From: Eremomyces bilateralis CBS 781.70
Lineage: Eukaryota
Reading direction: 5' to 3' (one strand)
Assembly: GCA_010015585.1 (NCBI GenBank)
Contig: ML975153.1
Length of the DNA stretch: 64,000 nucleotides
The translations under genes were made by a program, and so were the position numbers. The notes under the pieces are model-generated. The model made no database searches, was not told where the DNA came from, and saw only the letters and a program-made list of their open reading frames with translations. This document shows, piece by piece, positions 14,433-25,415 of the stretch (position 1 is its first letter; each line of letters begins with the position of its first letter).

Positions 14433-15082
14433 GGTGGAAGAGGTGGTCAGGGAGGGGATGGTAATGGATTCGGATTTGGTCATTGGAATTGATGTGATCC
14501 TACGGGGGATCGAATGGTAGTGGGTATCTATAGAAGGCAATTATGCTGAGGACTAAGTACCGTGAGATGAGAAGATGCATTGTGGACGTCGATATATTTG
14601 CATTCGGGTTGTTGTTACGAGATTACCTTGGTCTTTTGCGGTTACCGGAGCTTACAGATGCCGCCGTAGTTGCGGGGAGAACTTGCGGGGAAAGGAGAGA
14701 GACAAGGGAGTCAGGGAGTCCGTCCGGACTGCGAGTCAACATCATTACACATCCAGGCTAATTTGACACTCATCGCCGAAAATTGCCGTAGTTCCCGACT
14801 CGGATGCGTGCTTAGTTAAAATGGTCTGACAAGCTCACCATTGCGACATTGGGAGTGGTAATACATTGGAAAAGAAATATCGACACTTATATGGCGACTG
14901 GATGCGGTGGTTATGTTCAAAGCATCACACTACGATCCGCTAAACCCCTTACTTCTCCACATAGCTAGATCCATCCCACGAATGCAGATTGCAGTAGGGG
15001 TGACAACAATCGGTGATCCCTTCAAATAGGTACGTTCTGTGGCACTGCGCTTTACGAAAGCGGTCCCTCATCAACGAACGTT

Positions 15083-16175
15083 TTAATCGCCGCCCCCGCC
15101 GTCGTCGCCTCCAAAGTCTCCACCGCCATCCTCGTATCCATCCTCATACCCATCCTCGTGGGCATCACCAATTGCATCCCCAATCAACGCCCCACCGACC
15201 AGTCCCGCACCGAGACCTAGCGCAGCACCGCCGCCAGCTCCCATTCCTCTTCTCCTACCGCCGCCACCGTAGCCTCCGCCATACGGGAATCCACCATGCC
15301 CACCATGGGGACCGTAAGGCATGCCGTGGCCCTGATTATAGTAGCCGTGTTGTGGAGGGTAGCCGTATTGGCTTTGATGAGGACCTGGGTAGTATCCTCC
15401 GCCTCCTTGGTACCCTTGTCCTCCTGCGCCTATCGGGAGTTTGCCCTGGGCTTTCCCTAATAACTTCCCGAGGAGGCCACTCTTCCTCCCGGAACCTTTG
15501 TCGCTGACTGCACCATATTGTTGTGATGGATCGTAGGGACCTGCAGGGCCGGGAGAATGTGATGGTCCGCCATAGTTAGGCGCAGCGCCCTGAGGCCCAC
15601 CATTATAGTAGCTGTCGGATGCGCCTCGTCTCGCGTTTTCTTCTTCTTGGAGTTGTCGTGCAATACGCTCATCGTCGGATATATTGGGCTGACCGGATCC
15701 GGATGCCGACCCTGTGTTCTGAGGGCTGAATGGGTTGTTCGAGCCCAAACGGTCTCCCTTTTCCGGCCCAGATTGTCGGGGCGTGTCGTCGTACGCGGGG
15801 GGGGGAACTGGAACTGCGGATTCAGAGGCCGGAGGAGGGTAGATTGGCTCTGTGGGCCTTTCCCACTGTGACTGCTTTGTATAAATGTTCACGTAGAACC
15901 ATTCTTTGTAATGCTCTAGGCGCAACATCAGCGCTTAACTTTAGACAGAAAGCAACACGTGGAGCGCTATTGCTCAGGGATAAAGCCTACCATTCCATAT
16001 CGCCTTCCACCCTTCCGGAACCTTAATAGGGGGTGGTCCCTACGGATAGCGGGTTAGCCGAGCATTTGCACAGTAAGGGGCGCAGAGGAAAAGGCAGAAG
16101 AATTGGATGTGGGGTAAATCGCAGCCAGGTGAGTGAAGTCAGTCGTACCGGAGGCGGGGTAAAAGTTTCTGACAT
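15083..16175 (-). CDS. WWM1: WW-domain, Gly/Tyr/Pro-rich protein (Wwm1-like)
   Basis: Spliced N-terminus MSETFTPPPGPPPIKVPEGWKAIWNEHYKEWFYVNIYTKQSQWERP (WW domain); C-terminal GAALGLGAGLVGGALIGDAI..GYEDG. Confidence 0.8.
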
Positions 16176-17387
16176 CTATCGTCTGATAAGGAGATCTTGG
16201 CGAGAGACTCGTAGGTTCGAGTGGGATATAGGAGATGATTGTATAGGACTTAGTTATGGTATTCTGCGAAAGTAGACTTTGGGCACAGAGAAATGTGAGA
16301 TAGCTTGACAGTTGACACGATGCTCGGGATCTTATGGATCGTCTTTCATTGTGTCAGGGTCTAGGGGATGACGAGTTTGCCACTGGGAACGTGCGTGGAG
16401 AGATCGATGCATCCTCACGATTACTTTGAGGCTAGATTCCCGCACCGCCTGTACATACTAACTCATCATCATGTTATTTACCGGTCGACCACCTAAACCG
16501 GCAGAACCGGCAGAATACTCTTGATTAGAGGCGGTTGGGGGTTGTATCTACCTGTAAAGAGAGCCTCTTGCCCGTTTTGTTTGCGTAAGCTGTGGCTCAG
16601 CAAGGAAGTAAACGACAGCAGAGATGATACAGTTAGGTAGTAACATCACCATCGCCGGTGCTTTCTTTGCCATTGTACGCGTCCTGGAGTGGCCTGGGGT
16701 CTTCTGGTCATCCTTTCTCAGCCGCGTCACAGGCTCACAGCCACAAGTTGATTGCTGGGGCAGTGGGTACGGCCGTTCAGACAGTTCTCGGTTTCTCCAG
16801 CACTAGGGAGTAGGGAGGGAGGCCTCTTGATCTTTGAAGTAGTTTCTATTGTATCCCTGAAAACTTTCCTTGATTCCCGCACTGGAATTATCAAAAACCG
16901 GTCTGGATAGCAAAGTGTGAATTGGAATGAATGATTTCTTATTCCCTCTGGCCAATCGCTTCGGCCAATGTGGGGAGGTATAAATTGGTAAGTTATTTGC
17001 TCCGTGTGTTGGTGCTGGTGGTGTCCTGTGACGCTGGATCACGTGCATGCACACATTGATGAGCTTTCCGGTTGGAGATGGCAACGGTGGGCGAGAGGAC
17101 CCAAAGGTGCAGCTTTGATTGTGAGCTCCGCCGCGACTTCTTCCGAATCGAATTCGAGGCCTCACAGCATTAAAAAAAAGTTTCTCTACACGCTCTTGAT
17201 CCATTTGCGCGACGTCACTCCCTTCGATTCTCCTCGACACCCCATTGGGGCCCCGTTCACTATCGCGTATATACGTCCTTTGCGAGATCATCTTTATCAA
17301 TCGTTCCCAACCGCATTTCTCCGCTTGCCATCGCCATCGCTGCTCCTCGGAACCGCACTGATACTTCAGTGATACCATCGGCTCACA

Positions 17388-18507
17388 ATGGCTCCTCGAC
17401 CTTCAGACATCGCGGCAAATGCTGCCGTCCAAGCTCCTGGATCCTCCACCAAAGAGTTTAGGAAGGAGAGCACGGTTGCTCGATTTAGCGGCGCGGGAAC
17501 TGCTGGTATCGCGGAATTGCTCGTCTTCCACCCTGTTAGTCGATACCGAACATGAGCAGTTACGAGTCGACGTATCCTTACCATTAGATAGGTCGACACA
17601 ATTGCGAAGCGATTGATGAGTAACTATGGAAAGGTGGGTTCCAGTTCCCTTCGGCGTTAAAGAAACAGTGGCTCATGGCGCTCCCTACAGATTACGTCCG
17701 CCGCGCAATTAAATACTGTCATCTTCAAAGACAAGGCCGCGGCCCCGATAGGATCGCGATACCTAAGCCTGTTCCCCGGATTTGGCTGGGCTGCATCATA
17801 TAAAATCCTCCAACGAATCTACAAGTACGGAGGTCAACCGTTTGCCCGCGACTATCTGGCGAAAAATTACGGCAACGATTTTGACCGGATCTTCGGCAAG
17901 GGCAACGGCAAGGCGATGATGCACGCGACTGCGGGCAGCTTGATCGGCATCGGAGAAATCGTCCTGTTGCCGTTGGACGTGTTGAAGATCAAGAAACAGA
18001 CCAACCCCGAGGCCTTCAGGGGGAGAGGAGTGTTTCGGATCATCGCTGACGAGGGCTTTGGTTTGTATCGCGGATGGGGCTGGACTGCTGCGAGGAATGC
18101 GCCTGGAAGCTTTGCTGTAAGTGAATTCCGATATGCTTGTGAGATATCAATGCTGAAAATCCCTCGCACAGCTCTTCGGCGGATCGGCCGCTGCCAAGGA
18201 GTACCTTTATAAACTCGAGGATTACAACACCGCTTCTTGGAGCCAAAACTTCGTCGCTTCTATCGCTGGTGCTTCTGCATCTTTGCTCGTCTCCGCTCCT
18301 CTGGACGTTATTAAGACAAGAATCCAAAATCGAAACTTCGACAACCCCGAAAGCGGATTCCGGATCTTGTCCAAGATGATACGACACGAAGGTCCTTCAG
18401 CATTCTTCAAGGGGTTGGTCCCTAAGTTGTTGATGACCGGACCGAAGCTTGTCTTCAGCTTCTGGTTGGCGCAAACGCTGATCCCAATGTTCAATAAGGT
18501 CGTGTGA
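17388..18507 (+). CDS. GGC1: Mitochondrial GTP/GDP carrier
   Basis: FHPVDTIAKRLMSN, YKILQRIYKYGGQP, LLPLDVLKIKKQTNPEAF, ARNAPGSFALFGG and KGLVPKLLMTGPKLVFSF; three introns. Confidence 0.93.
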
Positions 18508-19216
18508 TGAAATGGAAGGGAAATCATGGTGTCTTACGGCGTTGGAATCATGCGGATTTAGCATACTAGGCAGCCACGGCGTTACCTTCCATCGGATAGA
18601 CTTTTGGGTATTCCGTACATAGAACTCTCATTTACCGTGTAATTGCATGATAGATCCCGCTCCGTCTGTGGTTCATACTATGCGAACATTGTGCACACTA
18701 GGCATTCACTACAATGTCTTAGAAGATCCAAGCATGATGTGCCAACGTGACTTCGTGTCTTGGGGGAAGTTACACGTAACACCTGGGTACTGTTAGGCGG
18801 TTAGAATAATGCCTAGAACTACTGTAGGAAATACTGAGGTCTGAGATGCTGCCACTAATGAAGCGAGAGATCATCACATCACGTTCACATCCAAAGGAGT
18901 TGTGGCCCTGATGTTCCTGTTGTCATCTTTGTCATAAATGTCACCTCACCCCCAAATAGATCCGGAATAGGCTTAGCGTGACGTAGAGGGCCATGCCTCC
19001 AGCTCCGGCCAGTCGCTCACTCCTCAGAGACATGAAACCTGAACGAAGGCAACACAACGTCAAAGAATCTCGCACCTATCATCTACCCTCATTTCCTACG
19101 CACTTTACGTTTCACCGCTGACGTCTCTTCCTACATCTGATAACGATACCCAGTCCCGTCCTATACCCATCGTCGCCTGGCCCGTACGGTCGTGTTCTTC
19201 GTCCAGCGTCATCATC

Positions 19217-20299
19217 ATGAATCCAGAGTGGTATGTCGTTCACCATCCCTCAGCGCGATGCCCCAAGCTGCTCGAAATTCATCAGAGACAAGAGCGCTGA
19301 CTTGAACTTTAGAGTATTATCATCCTTTACGAGCCTTGACGCTTCCTATCCATCGGTCCAGAGACGGAACGTCCACTCCGCCATCTCCGATCCCCACAAC
19401 CGCGCAGCGCTCAGGTTCCATGATTCGGGAGGAACGACGATCTGACGATTCTGCCATAGATACGATTACCTCTTCAAGCTGCTGCTTATCGGAGACTCGG
19501 GCGTTGGAAAGTCATGCCTGCTCCTGCGATTTGCTGACGACACATACACGGAATCCTACATCTCCACCATTGGCGTCGACTTCGTGAGTCCCCCATTCTC
19601 TTCGTACTCGCCGTTTCAGTCGCTCGTTGCCGACAGGTCGAAGCATGTTGCAGCCGTATCACTGACTCCCGATGCAGAAAATCAGAACGATCGAACTCGA
19701 TGGCAAGACCGTGAAGCTACAGATTGTGAGTATCATCCCGTTGCCGAGCTCGTCTTTGTCATATGCGAAATCGTCCTCCCTGCCCTTTGTTGTCATCCTC
19801 CAGCTGACGGATCGCAGTGGGACACAGCGGGACAAGAACGCTTCCGCACCATCACGTCATCGTACTACCGCGGTGCTCACGGAATCTGCGTCGTCTACGA
19901 TGTCACGGATATGGATTCCTTCAACAACGTCAAGCAGTGGCTGCAAGAGATCGACCGATACGCCACCGAAGGCGTGAACAAGCTGCTCGTCGGAAACAAG
20001 AGCGACATGGCTGACAAGAAGGTCGTGGAATACACGGTCGCAAAGGTTTGACCCCTCTTGAAACACTGCCTAGTTTGACGGTATATTGATGCATACGTGT
20101 TCAGGAATTCGCCGACTCGCTCGGCATCCCCTTCCTTGAGACGTCCGCCAAGAACGCGTCCAACGTCGAGCAAGCCTTCCTGACAATGGCCCGCCAGATT
20201 AAAGAGCGGATGGGAACTACCGCCAACCAGAACAAGGAGAAGATCAACATCGGCCAAGGCCAGAGCGTCCAGAGCGGAAGCAATAACGGCTGCTGTTAA
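19217..20299 (+). CDS. YPT1: Rab1/Ypt1 small GTPase; first intron is a nested (twin) intron
   Basis: [77 protein letters not shown] and C-terminal GCC prenylation motif. Confidence 0.97.
19228..19459 (+). other. Spliceosomal twin intron (stwintron), [D3,4] geometry: internal intron 19231-19312 within the external donor GTG|AGT
   Basis: Internal intron: GTATGT at 19231, branch GCTGAC at 19296, TAG ending 19312. Its removal joins GTG (19228-30) and AGT (19313-15) into GTGAGT. External branch TCTGAC at 19441, TAG ending 19459. The product reads ATG AAT CCA GA|A TAC GAT TAC. Confidence 0.85.
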
Positions 20300-21129
20300 G
20301 CGGTGTCCGATCAGTATGCCGCGCCCCTGCGGACGACAACACGCCGCAGATGGTCGTTGCACCGAAAGGGGACGCGGGGGAAAGGTAGAGAGCGTGGATG
20401 AGCAGCATGAGCATCGATAGGGCCGTCTCCTATAATACGCATTCATGCCATGCGGATGGATATGAGTGAAGGGATATTTTCGAAGGGGTCGGCGGGAGTT
20501 CTTAGGTTCGTGCCGAGCGTGTTTCGGCAGCCACTTGTCCGAGAGGGTTTCAGACAGTAGAATGTGCCGTTTTATCACGTCCAGTAGTCCTGCTCAACGG
20601 ATCGCGGTGATTGTCTCTTTGCTGTCGTCAGTGTTGGGCTTGTTTACTTGGGAATATATGTCAATTAGCAAGAATGTCAACTTTACGTTCTCACAATACG
20701 GCGATTAACCCACCATGAGATACTGTCCAAGTGTGCAATACTAGACACGCTGCTTTCGCTTTTAGCTCCAGCTGAGCTATACCACTCAGGAGCGGAGATG
20801 CTGTTTAGAACTCAGTTGCTGTAATAATATGCAGAGATTGGAATTAAGCGCTCCATTACAGGCCACGGACAATCCAAGGCATCCAATTTATCCTTTGCGG
20901 ATCCGTGGCACGTTGATATATTACCCTTGATCATATCATAGGGAGCAGGGAGTAATGTGACAGCGACCGATTCACCTCAGAAGAGTAACTCCAAATCATT
21001 TATCTGACATTAGGCCCATCGACCATCCAAAATTTTGATAGCCGTCCATTACATACTCCCGTTAAATTGCCTCAGTGCAACGATACCCAACGCTTGCATC
21101 CTCTGCATCATCCATTAGGCACCGGCCGA

Positions 21130-23490
21130 TTACAACGCCGGCGCATTCGGATCCTCCATACACTGATCCACACGCATCAACTGCTTGCCCGTCGCCTTCG
21201 CAATCTGAATAAACTGCCTCAGATATCCCACGGTGCTCGGGTACAGATAATGCAAGACGACCAAGTTCCCCCCCTTGGCCACGTCCCGGTTGAACGCATC
21301 GAGCTGCTTCTCCGGCGTCGACGTCTCCGCCCACAACCAGTCCTCGACGTCGACGCTCCAGTTGACAATGTACGGGCTATCGCTTCCCGTGGCCACGGCG
21401 AGCCGCTGGCGCATGCGGGCACCCTCGTTGCCAAATGGCGGGCGGAAGTACGGGGTGTCCAGCCCGTTGAGCTGCTCGGCGACGGCGGCGATATCCTCGT
21501 TGTATTCCCAGTCGATGGCGTTGTTGTCGGGAAGACCTTCCATCTTCGGGTGGGTGTAGCTATGCAGCGCGATCTGGTGGCCTTGGGACATCATTTCGTT
21601 GTAGACGTTGCTGAGGTTGGTGGACGCGTCTCGGAGCGGAGCACCAACGGTAAAGAACGTCACCTTGATGCCCTCTTCCTTAATGACGTTCATGACTTCC
21701 TGGGCGTACTCAGGTGAGCCGTCATCGATGGCAAAGGCAAATGAGTTGGGGCGCTTGCAGGCGAAGACGAGGTTGCCCGATGCCAGCTTGCTGGGGATGG
21801 TAAAGCCGGCAGGCACAGAGGGGACGATCTCGACTTTGGAGAAAGTGGTGGGCTCAGTGGTATACCATGCCTTCAATGAAACGCCTATGACACGACTCAG
21901 GTTGATGTTGAAGTGCGACATGGGAATATAGATGTCGCCGTTGCTTGCATACCGGGCCGCCTCGAGCGAGTCCCACGTTTCGGGGTACGGGGCAATCGCT
22001 TCGCTGCACTGAGAGTTATGTTGCTGCAGCGAGACGGTGAACTTGGTGGAGCCGCTGTACTTGACGTGAAGGTACGAGCCACTGTAGTCGGACAGATCCC
22101 TGCACGAAGCAGAAATCTGGGTATAGAATGAGTAGTCCGCATCGGTGGAGGTGATCTGGAGCTGCTTGGTGCCCCAATTCAAAGTCATTCCCTCATCCCC
22201 CCCATGCCAGAATCCAAGGGCGTTGCTGCCGGAGTTGGAGAACTCGTCGATGACAAGGGCTGCGGCAGTTCCCGATGGCGCAGGGACGGTCGCGGTAGGG
22301 CCACCGGGGTTGCTTGTGGTAGGAGGGACATATTCCGACCCAGTGCTGCCGCAGTAGAAGGACATAGGTCCGAAAGTGACGGCCTTGTTCACCGATCCAA
22401 AGAAGATGGTGGAGACCTTCGTTAGGTCCAAGCCCGAGAATTGGGAGAACGGGATCGTGTACAGCTTCTCCGTACCATCGAAGGTCCAGCCAAGCTGTTG
22501 GGTGGTCTGATAAGCGAACTGGGCGTCCTCACCACCGCAAGTGGAGGGAGACGAGAGTTCGATCCCGAAGGTGGTGCCAGAAGCAGCCTTGATACGAAGC
22601 GAGATTCCGCCATACACATTCTGAGTGTTGGTGCAGCCGGTCTTGCTGTAGAAATAGGAGTCCGTATTCTGGGGTGTCAGGGTTACGCGATTGTTGGCAA
22701 CGACAATAGACTGCATCGTTCCATCGTCACTAGTCGGCTCAATCATCGCATTATAGTACAAGAAGGTCAGTCGTGACTGGGAGGTCCAATCATCGATCAA
22801 CAGATTCTTGCACTGTCCTGTTGGCGAGGGAGTGGATGATGTAACCAACGTTGAGCTTGGCTGTTTTGTGGAGGTTGGCGGGATGACAGTATCAGATGAT
22901 TGTCCTCCACCGGCAGCGCAAACGAATTGAATGTTTCCGAGCTGCCAATTTGTGGTTGTGTCCGAGAAACCGGACCAGACGAAAGCCGTGATGGCATTGG
23001 CGTTCGCACCGGAGAAGGAACTTAAAGGAACAGTGACAGTCTGGGTTGAACCGGTAAGTCCGCTAACGAACGAGTATGCGCTGTTATATGAGCTGGCGGA
23101 GCAAGAGGTCTTAGATTGAACCTCAAGGGCGAGTGATCCACCTGCGGGCCCTTTGATCGAGAATGAAATGGCTTGGTGTCCATTAGTAGAGGCTGTCTGG
23201 CATGCGAAGGTCTCATAGAAATATGAGCCGGACTTTGGTTTGAACGTCAAAGTGCCACCGCTGGCGGAGATGGATGTCATGGATCCATCATCTTCATGTA
23301 CGATCAGCACTCCGATCTTTCCCCACAAATTGGGGCATAACCTACCGCTCGTCCATTCGTTCAATGAATTCGTGTTGGAAGACCAGTTGGAGAAATTATC
23401 GATTACGCGATTCGAACAGCTTTGGGCCGTGGATAGCTGGGTCTGGAGCAACAGAGCCGCCACAGCAGTGGCTATATAGCCAGACAACAT
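21130..23490 (-). CDS. Secreted CE4 polysaccharide deacetylase with three N-terminal repeated Cys-containing domains
   Basis: Signal peptide MLSGYIATAVAALLL; NodB motifs AIDDGS, HSYTHP, YFRPPFG, DVEDW and LH; one 54-nt in-frame intron at 23292-23345. Confidence 0.9.
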   Translation of the reverse strand: MLSGYIATAVAALLLQTQLSTAQSCSNRVIDNFSNWSSNTNSLNEWTSGRLCPNLWGKIGVLIVHEDDGSMTSISASGGTLTFKPKSGSYFYETFACQTASTNGHQAISFSIKGPAGGSLALEVQSKTSCSASSYNSAYSFVSGLTGSTQTVTVPLSSFSGANANAITAFVWSGFSDTTTNWQLGNIQFVCAAGGGQSSDTVIPPTSTKQPSSTLVTSSTPSPTGQCKNLLIDDWTSQSRLTFLYYNAMIEPTSDDGTMQSIVVANNRVTLTPQNTDSYFYSKTGCTNTQNVYGGISLRIKAASGTTFGIELSSPSTCGGEDAQFAYQTTQQLGWTFDGTEKLYTIPFSQFSGLDLTKVSTIFFGSVNKAVTFGPMSFYCGSTGSEYVPPTTSNPGGPTATVPAPSGTAAALVIDEFSNSGSNALGFWHGGDEGMTLNWGTKQLQITSTDADYSFYTQISASCRDLSDYSGSYLHVKYSGSTKFTVSLQQHNSQCSEAIAPYPETWDSLEAARYASNGDIYIPMSHFNINLSRVIGVSLKAWYTTEPTTFSKVEIVPSVPAGFTIPSKLASGNLVFACKRPNSFAFAIDDGSPEYAQEVMNVIKEEGIKVTFFTVGAPLRDASTNLSNVYNEMMSQGHQIALHSYTHPKMEGLPDNNAIDWEYNEDIAAVAEQLNGLDTPYFRPPFGNEGARMRQRLAVATGSDSPYIVNWSVDVEDWLWAETSTPEKQLDAFNRDVAKGGNLVVLHYLYPSTVGYLRQFIQIAKATGKQLMRVDQCMEDPNAPAL

Positions 23491-25415
23491 ATTGGAAAGA
23501 AATCCAGAAGCGACTGACGGAATAAGCGAATGAACGAGCACAAAGACTCAAGGACAGTCAAGAAAAAGCGAGTGATTTTTGAACGAAGCCGCAACGAAGG
23601 ACGGTATGAATGGTAGAGAAGAGACAGAAGGCGCGAGCATCAAAAGGAGCAGGCTGGGGTAAGTAAATACAGACTTCGAGAGAACCATGGGTCCCGGTCA
23701 AGCAACATGGTTTTGGGGCTCAATTAACAGAGCACCATGTATCATTCACGCATCCGTCAGAGCTCTCAAGACCTAAGGGCAGACTCAGCAAGGCAAAAGC
23801 GCCAATACTGGCACGGCGTTTCAGTCGGATGAGCCGGTTGGCCCGACCCGAACAAGAGATTTGAGATTGGCGACTGGTGGTCCAGTGATGATGGCCGGAA
23901 CTCGGAAGGAAAAGCCTCTCTACTCTCCACCATCAATTCTCCCTCCATCCTCGCTATATTATGTTCGAACTCGAAGTCAGAACTCCTCAGCTCCCATACT
24001 TTCAAGCCCTCGGCGCCTCAACCGCTCAGTAGGAGGGCAGGCAGTCCCAGGCAAGGGATTTGATCAGTCGACTGCATGCCATTCACATCAGATGGCTTTA
24101 ATGGGGAGGGCACGGGAAGGACTGGGTGAAGCGGCGATGCGTGATGCATGTACATGGGGCGGAGGTATGGGTTAGCCAAGAATTTGACCAGCAAAATCAT
24201 GCATTTGCTTGGAACTTGGATCGTGGTCTAATAGTGTCGATGGAACGGTAGAAAACGAGACGAAGAACGGGACGGGAGCTGCAGTCGATGGAAACATGGC
24301 AATTGGGAAGCAGTTTCTCGGCTGCCGGGTTCGCCTGGAGGCTCGAGATTATCGTGGCGCTAACCGCATTAGGCCAAATCCCCTGATCGTTTGTATGATT
24401 AACTGGGTAGGGCACACAACTCCGGCTTAGCGCCGTCCGGGTGGCAAGGAGAGTTTTTTTAGATTGTAGCGTCCCCGGAAACATCGTCCCCCTGACAAGG
24501 AAACAAAACGAAGAACAAGACCTGCCAAGTCCCAACCACGCCAGCCGGAATCGATGTTAGAGCGGTACGGCTTTCCGACTTCAGACGATGGCGCTTTGGT
24601 GGCGCTTTCTGAACACCACTCCCGCGAGCTTGTGACACAGAAAATCTCAGGAACCGTGTGTCATGTGTGACTACGGGATACAGTATCTGGAAAGTCGGGG
24701 ATATGATCGACCATTGAAGTCCTCCAAATGGACCAAATCAACAGACACGAGGTTGTGGAGCAAAGACAATCACCTGCCCTAGAAGCGTTGCATCGCGTAC
24801 GTAATTCGCGTTCTGTGTTAAGCAGGACGGCCTGAGATCTCGGCACAATCCTGTTGTCGGTTGTCCAGACTCCAGAGGTCCGAAATAGTGCAGTCAAGAG
24901 TGCTTGGCAAAGCTAAATTTGCAAAATCGAATCATGGTTAAGGCCTGTCTAGTTGCCATACTGATACAACTGAGTTATAGAGCAATATTCCAGTGCTGTG
25001 GTTCCCGTCCATTTGATTTAAACCCGAGCTTCAACATCAGGAATCCAGAATTGTCCTGCCACGGATGCACAGCATGTCGTATTGCCACGCTCATTTAATG
25101 CAGTGACGCCAGCAAAGTTGCGAGAACGTCCATAATAATTACTGAATATGCGTTGCCCGGGACTGAATATCCACTCACTGAGTACAGAGGGAGGAGTCAA
25201 GTCGAGTGGAGGAAAGAGGAGTGGAAACGTCACAAATTGATTCGCCCTGGTATCACTGAAGCGTATCCTAGGGTTTCAACGGCCGTGTCACTGCATATTG
25301 TGAATTCATGCTATCGTTGAGCATTATCAGAGCAATTCCAGAACAATTTCTACATCAATGTAGACGGGAACGCCACTGCAACAAAGAATGTGGCTTTCAA
25401 AACGCTTGGTTTTGT

